Source of the DNA: Narcine bancroftii
Lineage: Eukaryota
Direction of reading: 5' to 3'
Length of the DNA stretch: 64,000 nucleotides
Assembly (NCBI RefSeq): GCF_036971445.1
Contig: NC_091477.1
Location: 105,648,001-105,712,000 of the forward strand
Part shown: piece by piece, positions 37,049 through 49,713 of the stretch
Numbering within the stretch: the first letter of the stretch is position 1
Layout: each line of letters starts with the position of its first letter
Notes under the pieces: model-generated
The model's database searches: none
The model's input: the letters and a program-made list of their open reading frames with translations, nothing else
What the model was told of the DNA's origin: nothing
Made by a program: the position numbers and the translations under genes

Positions 37049-40000
37049 TTTTACAAAAAATCTTTTTATTTTGCACACTGTGAACCATATCAACCAAAAT
37101 ATACGCAAACGTTTCTCATTAAATATACACAGTGGCATTTTCTCCCTTCCCCCCCCCACCCCCACTTTCCCTCCCCTCTTCCCACCCCCCCCTCCAAAAC
37201 CATTAAATATTCAACATCTACAATACAATAAAACCATTACACAATGTCATCACACAATGAAAAATAAACAAGAAAATGTGTCATCTACTTTTACACAGTG
37301 GATCAAGTCTTTTTGTCTTCTTATCATTTTAAGGGGTGGAGGTCTGAGGCCACCCCTATGTTATGTTCCATGTATGGTTCCCAAATTTGTTCAAATAATA
37401 TGACTTTATTTTTTAAATTATATGGTTTTTTTTTCCAATGGAATACATTTATTCATTTCCATATACCATTGCTGTATTCTCAGGCTCTCTTCCATTTTCC
37501 AAGTTGACATTATACATTTTTTTTGCTACTGCTAAGGCTATCATAATAAATCTTTTTTGCGCTTTATCCAATTTGAGGCCTAATTCCTTACTTCTTATAT
37601 TACTTAGATGATCGATCTCTGGATTTTTTGGTATGTTATTTTTTGTGATTTTATTTAATATCTGATTTCGATCTTCCCAAAACATTTTCACTTTCTCACA
37701 TGCCCAAATTGCATGTTGTTCCCATTTCCTTCTTACAGCGAAAACATCTATCTGATAATTTTGGATCCCATTTTTAAAAAACTTTTGGGGCGTAATATAT
37801 AACCTGTGTAACCAATTATACTGTATCATGTGTAACCTTGTGTTTATTATATTCTTCATAGTTCCAGAACATAACTTTTCCCATGTTTCATTTTTTATCT
37901 TTATGTTTAAATCCTTTTCCCCTTTTGTTTGGGTTTATAGCTTATTTCATCATTTTCCTCATCTTGCAGCTTAATGTACATGTTCGTTATAAATCTTTTA
38001 ATTATCATTGTGTCTGTAATCACATATTCAAAGCTGCTTCCTTCTGGTATCTCAGTCTGTTTCCCAATTTATCCTTTAAATAAGCTTTCAGTTGATGATA
38101 TGCAAACATTGTACCATGAGTTATTCCATATTTGTACTTCAACTGTTCAAATGTTAATAAATTATTTCCCAAAAAACAATTTTCTATTCTTTTGATTCTT
38201 TTTCTCTTCCATTCTCGAAAGGAAAAGATTATCTATTGTAAAAGGGACTAGCGGATTTTGCGTCAATAGTAATTTTGGTATTTGATAATTCATTTTTTTT
38301 CCTTTCTAAGTGGATCTTCTTCCATATATTGAGTAAATGATGCAGTACTGGTGAGCTTTTATATTGTACCAGCTTTTCATCCCACTTGTAAAGTATATGT
38401 TCCGGTACCTTCTCCCCTATTTTATCTAGTACTATCTTAGTCCAGTCCAGTCTGGTTTTTCCCTTGTCTGGTAAAAATCTGATAAATACCTTAATTGTGC
38501 TGCTCTATCATAATTTTTAAAGTTTGGTAACTGCAAACCACCTAGGTTGTACCTCTCTGTTAATTTATCTAACGCTATACTCGGTTTCCCACCTTTCCAC
38601 AAGAATTTTCTCATTATTCTCTTTAGTTCATTAAAGAATTTCTCTGTTAAGGGAATTGGCATCGATTGAAATAAGTATTGTATCCTTGGGAAGACATTCA
38701 TTTTAATGCAATTTACTCTCCCTATCAACATTAGCGGTAATTCTTTCGAATGTTTTAAATCTTCCTGCAATTTCTTTATTAGTGGCTGATAATTTAATTT
38801 GTACAGGTGGCTTGTTATTATCTAACCTAATACCGAGGTATCGGATTGCTTGTGTTTGGCATTTAAATGGTGATTCTTTTTAAAAATTCTCTATAATCCG
38901 CATTACTCATTGGCATCACTTCACTTTTATTTGCATTGATCTTGTACCCGATATTTCTCCATACTCCTTCAATTTCTTACATAATTCTTTTATTGATATT
39001 TCTGGTTCTGTTAAGTATACTATGATGTCATCTGCAAATAAACTGATTTTATACTCCTCCTTTATTTTTATCCTTTATTTTATTTTCTGTTCTTATCTGT
39101 TCTGCCAATGGTTCTATTGCTAAAGCGATCAGTGAGAGGGATAATGGACATCCCTGTCTAGTTGACCTACTTAATTTAAATTGGTTCGATACATATCCAT
39201 TTACTGTTACCTTCACCAATGGTCCATTATATAATGCTTTAATCTAATTAATATATTTTTCTGGTAGATTGAACCTCTGTAATACTTTGAATAAATAATT
39301 CCATTCTACTCTGCCAAAGGCTTTTTCTGCATCTAAAGCAACAGCCACTGTTGGCTTCTTATTTCTTTGAACTGCATGAATTAGATTAACAAATTTAAAG
39401 ACATTATCTGCTGTTCGTCTTTTCTTAATAAATCCAGTTTGATCTTGTTTTACTATTTTTGGTACACAATCGGCCAATCTTTGCTAATAATTTCGCTATC
39501 ATCTTATAGTCTGAATTAAGTAGAGATATTGGTCTATATGATGCTGGTGTTAGTGGATCCTTCCCAGTCTTTGGTATTACTGTAATTATTGCTGTCTTAC
39601 ATGAATCTGGCAAGTTTTGTGTTTCTTCTATCTGGTTCATTACTTCCAGGAGAGGAGAAATTAATAACTCTTTAAATGTTTTATAGAATTCTATTGGGAA
39701 TCCATCCTCTTCAGGCGTTTTATTGTTCGGCAGCTTTTTTTAAAATATATCCTGTACTTCCTCTATTTCAAATGGTTTTATCAGTTTGTTTTGTTCCTCT
39801 TCTTGCAATTTCAGCAGTTCAATTTTAGCTAAAAACTCTTCTACTTTATCATCTTTCCCTTCATTCTCAGTTTGGTGTAATTGCTCATAAAATTCTTTAA
39901 AGTTCTCATTAATCTCTATTGGGTTATATGTAATTTGTTTGTCCTTTTTCCTTGATCCCAATACAGTTCTTTTATCTTGTTCTGTTTTAAGTTTCCAGGC

Positions 40001-42850
40001 TAATATTTTGTGTTTTTTTCTCCTAGTTTGTAATACTTTTGCTTTGTTTTCATTATGTTCTTCTCCACCTAATAAGTTTGTAATGTTTCGTATTTTATTT
40101 TTTTGTCCACCAATTCTCTCCTTTTCGTTATATCATCCCTTTTTACTAGTTTATTTTCTGTACTTACTATCTCCCTTTCCAACTGCTCTATTTCCCAATT
40201 GCAGTCCTTTTTCATCTTAGATACATAACTTATTATCTGCCCTCTAATGAAGGTTTTCATTGTGTCCCATAGAATAATTTTGTCTTTCACTGATTCAGTG
40301 TTTATTTCAAAATGTTTTAATTTGGCGTTCAATAAACTCTCTAAATTCCTGCCTTTTAAGTAGCATGGAGTTTAATCTTCATCTATATGTTCTTGGTGGG
40401 ATGTTCTCCAGTTCTATTGCTAATAACAGGGATGAATGATCAGATAGTAATCTAGCTTTCTATTCAGTTTTCCTAACTCTCTCTTGAATATGGGCCAACA
40501 ACAAAAACATATCAATCTTTGAGTATGTTTTATGCCTACTTGAATAATATGAGTATTCCTTCTCTCTTGGGTGCTGCCTCCTCCATATATCCACAAGTTT
40601 CATTTCCTGCATTGATTTAACCATAAATTTGGCCACTTTATTCTTTTTGCTAGTCTTTTGTCCAGTTTTATCCAACATTGGATCCAAGGTTAAAATCCCC
40701 TCCGATTAATATATTTCCTTGTGTATCTACAATCTTCAAAAAAATATCTTGCATAAACTTTTGATCCTCCTCATGAGGTGCATATATATTGAGCAAATTC
40801 CAAAATTCTGAATATATCTGACACTTTACCTCCCTGCTGGATCTATTATTTCCTCCTCTATTTTGATTGGTACATTTTTATTAATTAATATAGCTACACC
40901 TCTAGCTTTTGAAAGATATGATACTGCCACTACGTGTCCTACCCAGTCTCTCTTTAATTTGTTATGTTCCACTTCAGTTAAATGCATTTCCTGCACAAAT
41001 GCCATGTCTATTTTTTTCTTTTTTCAGTAAATTTAATAGCCTCTTCCTTTTAATTTGGTTGTTTTCCATTAATGTTTATAGTCATTTAGTTCAATGTGGC
41101 CATCTTATATCCTGTTTACACCTCATTTCCGCTTCCTCACCACCACCATCCCCCTTTTCATCTCTGTTTTCCCTTTTTAAGCTCAATGTATGACAACACA
41201 TTTAAAACATAAAATACTCCAACAACTCCCACATCCAATATTCCCTTAACCCCAAATATCCCCCCCCCCCCTGAGTTGCCCCTTTTTCCTTGCCGGGCAA
41301 CCACAACTCCCTTTTCCATTTGGATTGTGAACCTACTCGCAAGCGTCAACTGATTTCACAGTGATGGTTATTTTCTCCCCCCCCCAACCCCACCAGAAAA
41401 CTTAATTTTTTTTTTTTTTTTTCTTTTTTTTTTCCACATATAACAAAGTTCTCCCTTCCTTCCCTTCTCTTTCCCTTCTTTAGTTCTTAGGATCGATTTT
41501 GCTGTATTAAACTCCTTCCTTTGTTCAAAACTTATGTCTAGGTAAAAAAAATATTTTTTGACCCTTGTATTCCAAAGTTAATTGTCTTCTCTAATTTTAT
41601 TCCTTGCCCGCTCCAGTATATTTTCTCTTGTCGTATATCTCAAAAATGTTACTAAAATGGATCTTGGTTTTTGATGTGTGTGGTTTCGGAGCTAGTGTTC
41701 TGTGTGCCCTTTCTATTTCCATTCCTTCCTGCATTTCTGTCGTTCCCAGGACCTTCGGGATCTATTCTTTTATAAATTCCTTCATATCTGTGCCTTCTTC
41801 ATCTTCCTTTAGGCCCACTATTTTTATGTTGTTTCGCCTACTATAATTTTCCAACATATCAATTTTCTGAGCTAACAACTCTTGTGTCTCTTTAATTTTT
41901 TAAATCACTTTCTTTCAATTTTCCTCTCAAGTCATTTACTTCCATTTCTACAGCTGTTTCTCGTTCTTCCACATTTTCTACTCTTTTCCCTATTTCTGTC
42001 ATGACTAGCTCTAATCTTTGCATTTTCATTTCTCTTTTAATTGCACTAAATTCTAATGACAACCATTCTTTTAATGCTCTCATTTGGTCTTCAAAAAAAG
42101 CTTTATCTATATTCTGTCCATCTGTTTTACCTTCTATCTCTCAGTAAATCTCTTGGTCTTCTTCCTCTTCTTCTGTGTCTGTACCCACGTTTGCGTCTTA
42201 TTCTCTTAGTATCTGTGTCTCTTCTGATTTTCCTGATGAGACGCTGGTCTCACTTTGTCAGGCCTCTTCTTGCTCGACCTATTGCCGTTGGTCCTCTTCT
42301 TCTGAGCTGATCATCTGTTGAGCCTCCTGCTGCTGATCTTCTTTCCTTTCACCCCGTCGACTTTCTTTCTCTCCTGCCGCTTTCCTCTTCTTCCAACTGA
42401 GAGCCCTGGTGTCGGGCATCCCTCAGTCGGTCGCGCTGTGGTTGCCCGTTCCTCGGCTGAGCCCCCCTCCTGTCGAAGTTTTCCTTCTCCTTAGATTGGG
42501 CACTTTTGTTTGGCTCAGAGAGCCAATTTTGCAGATCACCGATCGGGGGGGGTCTTGACTCCGCGGGGCCGTCACCAACCTCTGAGATCGGGCGCTCTTC
42601 GCCACCTCGGCTCCCTGTTCCTTCCTGCAGGTAAGGCCTTCTCCTTTCTTTTCTGGCGTCTTTTCTTTTTATCCCCCCATTGTTTTTACTTTTTCTTTCT
42701 TAGGTGCCATTTTCTTTCTCTTCTCTACAACTTTATCTTTTATTTCTTATATTTTGTATTTATTGAACTTTGTCTTTTCTTCACTTATTTTCTTCTTTTC
42801 TGGAGAGGGCTGGTTTTACCCTACCGGCCACTACTCCATCACGTGACTCC
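37049..42850 (-). mobile_element. Near full-length L1-clade LINE (inactivated) in FYTTD1 intron 6
   Basis: 17-bp TSD tagtgtgcgata(g/t)tctt (37032-37048, 42851-42867); GC-rich 5' UTR; coiled-coil ORF1 remnants; endonuclease (AFVQEMHL, YSKIDMF), RT (LDAEKAF, RQGCPLSP, LFADD); A-tail; frameshifted. Confidence 0.95.
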
Positions 42851-44197
42851 TAGTGTGCGATATTCTTGAACTATTGTAGTTCTGGCAATCATATTACCTT
42901 GGGTTGAGAATTCCAAGATTTAGTTCCTGTGACCACTTGGAGGGAGACTTGCAGCTGATAAATGTTTGTAGATAATTGCAGCATCATTCTTTTTAGTGGA
43001 AAAGTCACTAAGTTTTTTTGTAGGGGAGGGTACTATCATTATAGCCTATGTAACTCTGGATTGTTTGGTAGATGGCCTACAAAGCAGCCAAGGTACAACA
43101 ACAGGTAAGATATTTTTATAATTTTGGGCTGGACTGTCATGTGGGCTGCTTAGTTTTGAATGATGCCCAATTTTTTCAGCATAGCTGGACATGCACTCCT
43201 CCAAGTAGATATTATTCTTCATTACACTGTGAAGGCTTGGGCTGACATGATACACATCACTCACCATAAGATACCCAGCTTCTGATCTGTTTTGTGTTCT
43301 GTTGTCCATTGATGATGCCCTGGATATACTTGGTTAGGGATTTGGCAAAAGAGTTAGTCTCTCTTTTTGGAGTTAGTCTCTCTTTTTGGAGATTGTCTTT
43401 CTTGGCAAGTTGTGGCAAAAGCTAATCATCTCATGTACCAGTCTAAAGTACATTAATATTCCATTAGAGAGCTTGGGGGGGGGGGGGGGGGAAGAAAGTG
43501 TGTTTCAATGCACAATGTAGTAAAATGATCATTCACACATTTAAATAATTCTAATGACAATGTGCATCAAAACTTTTTCAAGGGAAGACAGACTAGACTG
43601 GATTAGGGCAGGTGCACCCAAAATATGATATTTAGCTAAGCACCTGTTCTAAAAAGAAATGTAACAGTATGGTAATTATAAATAACTGGTGCATAAAATT
43701 TTCTTTTGCCCTTTCACTTTGAATATTTTAATAAAGACTTGCCAGTTCAGATTCCTTAATGCTCATAAAATATTTTTCAATCTGATTAAGCAACAGCTAT
43801 TAACCTTGCTTGCATAAGCCATGGCATTATTTTGGTCCCAAATTTAGATCAAAAACACTAAAGTCTGTAGGTTTGTGTCAACTAAGAACAAATTGGAAAA
43901 TTTGTAACCAGAGTAAAATACAGCTTAGGTTTTACTATCATTTGGGATAGATAAGCTAACCCAAAGCTTATTAAATTTGTGAGCACCAATTCGATTTAAA
44001 AACTGAACACAATCAATAGTAATTTCTATATTGATCCATGAAGTATAATCTTGTGATTTTTACAAAGATGCAATGCTTTTGAAGTAGAGTCAAGTTAAAT
44101 GTGTGTCAGTTAAGCATCCTTAAGCTGACACATTTAAATGTGCAAGATAGTTTTAATGGTTGAAAGATTTAACATAATCTTCCATGTTTATACTCAC

Positions 44198-44253
44198 TGT
44201 TGTTTTGGTTTCTCTATTGTTCCTTTGACACACTGCTCAGTCTGCATATGCAC
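44198..44253 (-). CDS. FYTTD1: FYTTD1 coding exon 6
   Basis: VHMQTEQCVKGTIEKPKQ(Q), similar to human VQAQLNTEQ...KRTRQ; acceptor ttttaaatgcag, donor GTGAGT; 56 nt, phase 0->2 fits both neighbours. Confidence 0.8.
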
Positions 44254-44949
44254 CTGCATTTAAAAGTAGATTTACAATAGATTTTTCCAGAGATTTTCAT
44301 ATTGTTAACTGATTTCCATTTTATCAACATCTTTCCTTCTCCATTTCGCATGAGATAAAAAATTCTATATACAGGCGTATCCCAAAACACATTTTTTGAA
44401 GTCAAGGCAAACTTATTGTTACATGAGTGCAGAAATTCATCCTCACAAAACTCTGGTCCTCAGTGCAAAACACTGAGTGCTGAAGTGAAAGGAACACATT
44501 ACTTTTTGAATTCATAATATATTTGCTCCATGGAACTTGGACCTCAGGTAAGCTAAATTCATAATTTAAAGGAGTGTGGAAGTAACTATAGTTAATACGA
44601 AAAAGAAAATGAGACACAAAAGTGTCAAAATGCTGCAAAGTGAACAGATAACTTTCCAGTCATCCCATGGCTACACACCACAAGTAAATAAAGGTTCTTG
44701 ATTCTTTCAGCTTCTGAAATTACCTTACAAATTCCTTTGTTCTACACGTAACCAGTCATCATTATCACAGAGTGAATCGAGCTCAGTAACAAATATGACT
44801 TGACCATTTGTGAATATTCTAATTTATAACATTTTATATAACTTTAAATATTTACCAAGTAAATATAATTAATTACCAGAATTGGTTTGAAAAGTTTTCA
44901 ATTACAAGATGTACTAAACTACTGCTACCAGTGACACAGATGGGACCAG

Positions 44950-45930
44950 TGCCTAACCTTTTATCCAGAATCATCTGGACTGGACACTGGATTTGGAATC
45001 ATTCTGATTTCGGGCCCTTTAGCGAATGTCTCACACCTAGCTCCCACCCTCCATCCCAATCTCCTCTCCCACCCCCTCCCCACCCCCCGGGGCCAGTGGA
45101 AGACTATTTTGCACCCGAGGCCAGGCTGAGCACTGGGAGAGGTTGGTTATTGGCTGGGTCAAGTGCAGGTGGGGCGCTGGCTGGGCCAAGTGTGGGAGTG
45201 GGAGGGATGATGCTGGCTGAACTGAGTGGGTGTGATCGGACTGAGCAGTGGTCCAACGTGCACCATACAGGAGGCTCTTGACCAGTGTATCAGTCAGGTG
45301 GTGGTTGGAGGCGACAGAGTGGCCTGGGAGTTTGGCCAAAAAGGCAGCTAGCGTTGGCTGCTCTGAGCCGACGGCTAAGCGAGGCAAAAGGACGGGCACA
45401 AGGTGCAGAGCTGCAGGAGGAGCAGGCCGTTGGGCCATTGGAGCCAAGCGCCAGTGGCTTTCAAGCGCTCCATCAACTCGTCGGGCCAGCCCTCAGGCAC
45501 AACCCGGCAGCGCCGTCCATTGCACCACCCCATCTCACTCCCAACATTGCAGCAGAGGTGCAGTGGTGTCTTGGCCAGAGTTTACAGAGCACCAAACCAG
45601 ATAGCGGCAAAGGCTCAATGCGGGAGCAATAGCAATGGCAATCTTTGTTACCCATAATTCCCCATGCAGCTGAAACTGCTCTGTCAGCCCCTGCTTTTCT
45701 CCCACTGGGTGCTGGGGGGGTCAGGAGTCACCTTTCTACCAAAGGTAAGAGAGGACGCCCATGGCTTGGTGGGGGGGAAGGGGGAATGACAGGGACTGCC
45801 CTCCCTCTGAAAATTGAAAATTTATTACGGGAAATTAACGTTACTCATGTGTAATGTCATATATGAAAAAAGTGCCAGTTTTTGGAGTTTGCTCATTTTT
45901 GGAATTCTGGATAAAAGTTGAGACATGTGC
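44950..45930. mobile_element. Probable non-autonomous DNA transposon with GC-rich interior
   Basis: Inverted termini cttttatccagaat (~44958) and attctggataaaag (~45904); no TSD resolved. Confidence 0.5.
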
Positions 45931-46096
45931 ATCACAATTTGCCCAAAACATGAGGAAAAAAGTGATATAATTACACATGGTTCTGAATGCTTGTTACTAT
46001 CTACCAACTAAAAGAAAAAAGTTCAAATGAATCATAAAATCCAGATTTATAGCACTATATGGTTAAAAAGGTAGCAAAAGATATACAGTTACCTAC

Positions 46097-46459
46097 TGTT
46101 AGGTCTGCTTTGTTCATGAATGAGTGAGACAAACACCAGACTGAGTCGAAATCAGGGTTCTTTGTTCTTTATTACCGGATTGTAACACTTGCAACTAACC
46201 ATGTTAGTCGGAGAATGCATTCTGCCGTTATCAGCAAAATGGTGATTTTTTATACCCTTGGATACGTGCTTAGAACATCATCATATCATTACTTGTCCAA
46301 TGACTAAAACTGTTGCTATCCTTTCCCTGCTAGCTTCCTGCCTCTCAATCCATCAATGTCTCTCTTATCTTGTAAGTACAAGGATGCATTCACATCTTGT
46401 TACAGCCCTGTACAGGGTAACTCCTTACACATTCCCATCTCATGATGTTTTACCTTACA
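46097..46459 (-). mobile_element. Solo LTR (same family as 360-792)
   Basis: TG...CA termini; exact 4-bp TSD CTAC (46093-46096, 46460-46463). Confidence 0.92.
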
Positions 46460-46958
46460 CTACAGAGATAAAATGCAGCTCCAGTAAACATCATCAGGGA
46501 ATGAAAATTACAAGGAAATAAAATGTGATACGCAAATATTTTTGGTTATACAGAATATTTTGAAATCATACATTAAGGGTTTTAAGGTGGCAACTTAAAA
46601 ATGAAAAAGCACAAGTTTTTAATTTCAAGCTATTTGTACAGATTAACAATGCTTTGAAGGAAGATAATAAACAAAAGAGCTGCAATCAATAAATGTTGCC
46701 TACTGCCCTTTGACAAGCAAGGGAAGTTAAGGGTCAACTTTGGAATCTATATCTTGGATGTAAAATTTTCTTTCAGAAGGAAGCAGCAGTGTTCTAAAGA
46801 AAGTGATAAGCTCATGCAAAACCCCTTTCATTCTATGCTGCAGGCTTTTATTTGGACCACATTTAAACTCTACTCTTATTGAATGCAGATAATAAATATC
46901 TATTTATGAAAATTAAATGATAGGATTTTCAAATTTTCTTTGGAAGACTCCTCCATAC

Positions 46959-47055
46959 CTTTAGGCCTCTTTTGAAAAGAAAAGTTGCATGTCGTACTTC
47001 TTTATTTTTCTGTGTTTGTGCAGGAATCCTGGAAAAACTGGTATGAATGAAATTC
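46959..47055 (-). CDS. FYTTD1: FYTTD1 coding exon 5
   Basis: NFIHTSFSRIPAQTQKNKEVRHATFLFKRGLK, similar to human RQATFLFRRGLK; acceptor tatattttcag, donor GTATGG; 97 nt, phase 2->0. Confidence 0.92.
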
Positions 47056-47206
47056 CTGAAAATATAAAGCAATGGGGAAGAAGAAATTTATTTAGAAGAT
47101 GATGAATACAAAATAATTTCAACACAACAATGAATACAGATTTCATCCCCAACTCTATTCTCACAAATTCCCCACCAAATTCTAGCAGATTCATTCTTTT
47201 GCTAAC

Positions 47207-47310
47207 CTCTTTAACGGCAATGAATTCTTTAATGACATGAATCTTTGCTGTCCATCATTCTGCCCAAAAACTGACGAACTTCTCAGGAGTGGAGATCTCC
47301 ATCCAGCCTG
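47207..47310 (-). CDS. FYTTD1: FYTTD1 coding exon 4
   Basis: QAGWRSPLLRSSSVFGQNDGQQRFMSLKNSLPLK(R), similar to human LLRQNEGQRK; CAGCAG acceptor, donor GTTAGC; 104 nt, phase 0->2. Confidence 0.85.
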
Positions 47311-49247
47311 CTGAAATAATTTAGAAGAAATCAACACCAAATACAGGACGGGAGAGGGAAAGGGAGGAGACAAATGTAATCAGATTCCTTTTACTCGAAT
47401 TACATACTATAATGTTAACAATATTGACTTTCTTTTTAAATTGAATTTACCACAATTGATTAAATCTAAATTTTTGCTTTACAATCAATGTTGTAAACTT
47501 TTAAGTTTAAGATGCACTCATTTATGCATTTTAATTTTTTTGAAGCTTGTGGCAATATCTTTCATTACACTTCAATATGCTAATCTTTTTATCTCAATTT
47601 TAATATCACAAAATGCTGAATTTATCTGGACAAAGATGAAGTAATTAAGTCACTGGACCAAGTATTCCATACAAAAGGAACTGCACTATTAGTGGCAGAA
47701 ATACTACAGTGAAAGTTAAATAATTCACAACTGGCAATAGTATCCTGATCGACACTCAAATGATCATGGCTACGTCCAGATAATGAACGTTGAAAAGAAT
47801 GGAGAGTTTGATTAGGTCTACTTCAGTTAGATAATCTGCCATATCTCAGCTCAGATATAAATTACAAGGAATTTAAAACTCACAGGAATTCACATATTAC
47901 AAAAGACCACCAATGCAAATTGCAAGACAAAAATAATCTGCTTCTCTGGCAGAGAACAAGACAAATGACCAAATACTTAATAAAGTGGCAGGTTTTAAAG
48001 AAAAATGGAGCAGAATGGTGAAAATGTTCAAGGAGGGAATTTGAGATCTTATAGGCTTGACAACTGAACCAATAACCTTCAAAGATAAAGTGATTAAAAC
48101 TGTGGAGAGTGAAGATCCAAAACTCAGAGGATGACAATGTAGAGTACGGACTTAAAACTACGACATACCTTTACCAGGATATAGGGTAGAATTGCAAACA
48201 CAGAGGCAAGAAGTGAATTGGAAAGTGTAAAAGAGAAAAAATAATTTTAACAATGCTATATTGAGGACAGGTGGGCAGAAATAGATCAGAATAGTCATGT
48301 CTATAAACGGTAACGAGCATGGACTTGGTTTTCGTTTGCAGGCGAGGTAGACTATGGATTGCCAGCAATGGTAGAAGACCTCTTCATCATGTGTAGGTCT
48401 GAGGTCAACAATTTTCAAGATATTTCATTTTCAGGGAGTGACAAAGTCAGTAGCGAAAAAAAGCAATTCACATTCCCAATATTTAGTTGAAAGAAACATG
48501 TAATCCTCAAGTCTTTTGTGTCAGTTAAGCAAATGGATACATTTGAGACCGTGGAAAAGCAAAGATGTGACAAGGGAGTACTTCATGTCAATTGTAAACT
48601 TTTAAAAAAGAATGTGTTCTTGAATTATATTGCAAAAGCCAGAAATTAGATGAGAAAGAGGTGATGACCATGTTTGATCTTGGGGTAACCCTGTGTGGGT
48701 ATGTGAATAGACAAAGACAAGGTTCCTCTCATCTGCGCATTCATTATACAACAAGGTATCAAATGCTTCAGGAAATGAAAATAATACGATATTTTCAACA
48801 TTCAAATTAAATACCTGAAACACCTACAAATTTTATAATGGTTTATATGATTATTCATTTTTGTGTAAGATATCATTTGGCAACTAAACATTAACCAGTA
48901 CTTGGTTATTTTGTTCAATAATTGTCACTTCTGGTTGGAAGAGCTTGCATCAAACAAATATGGAAGATAAAATGTTTCTTGGTGAATAGCCTTGATATTG
49001 GTAGTATTTGTTCCAAAAGTTGAAGACATGATATCTACAGCAAATTTGAAAAGGCACCAGTTTAAAAAAAAATATTCAGAGGCTGTTGCTTCATCCCTGA
49101 AATAAGTATGTAGAGCATATTGATTATTTCAATGAATTTTAATGAACAGGCACAATCTATCCAAAAAATTGAACATTGCTAAACTGTCTCCAAAACAAAT
49201 CAATGCAAAATAATAAATACAAAGAAATAAAATCCAACACAAGTTAC

Positions 49248-49405
49248 CTTGTAACTTAAGGATGATCTGTTTGGTGTGCTTATAGACTTCTGCAGCATCA
49301 AAGCCTTTCTTGCTGCCAGACCAGTTATCAAACCCTGAAATCTTCTCCTCCATGGTCCAGAAACTTTTCTCCGACCTACTGGTATCTGCCTATTCACAGC
49401 TTTTC
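49248..49405 (-). CDS. FYTTD1: FYTTD1 coding exon 3
   Basis: KAVNRQIPVGRRKVSGPWRRRFQGLITGLAARKALMLQKSISTPNRSSLSYK, similar to human GVITGLAARK...GISPMNR; 158 nt, phase 1->0. Confidence 0.92.
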
Positions 49406-49713
49406 CTGCAATAGTTTGAATTGGAGGGGAAAAAGAAGTAGTTATTTCTATCCATTAATAATATATTTTTATCAAATATCACAAAGGATACAGATCACAA
49501 AGGAATAATTAATATCACATAAAAACCGATTAAGCATCAGATTTCTTGCAGCTTAAGCTGTGACAAGTGAAATTCTGCCTGGCCCACAGAAAAAGGAATC
49601 GCAGGGTTGTATGTGATGTCATGCATGTAGTCAAACAATAAATTGGAACTTTGAAATTTGTGAATGAATACAAGCCTCACTTCCCTTGAATCCCCAAACC
49701 AGAATACATTAAC

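Noticed and set aside
44931-45854. Cluster of overlapping 60-136 aa ORFs
   Set aside because: GC-rich interior of a TIR-bounded repeat; no domain or splice support
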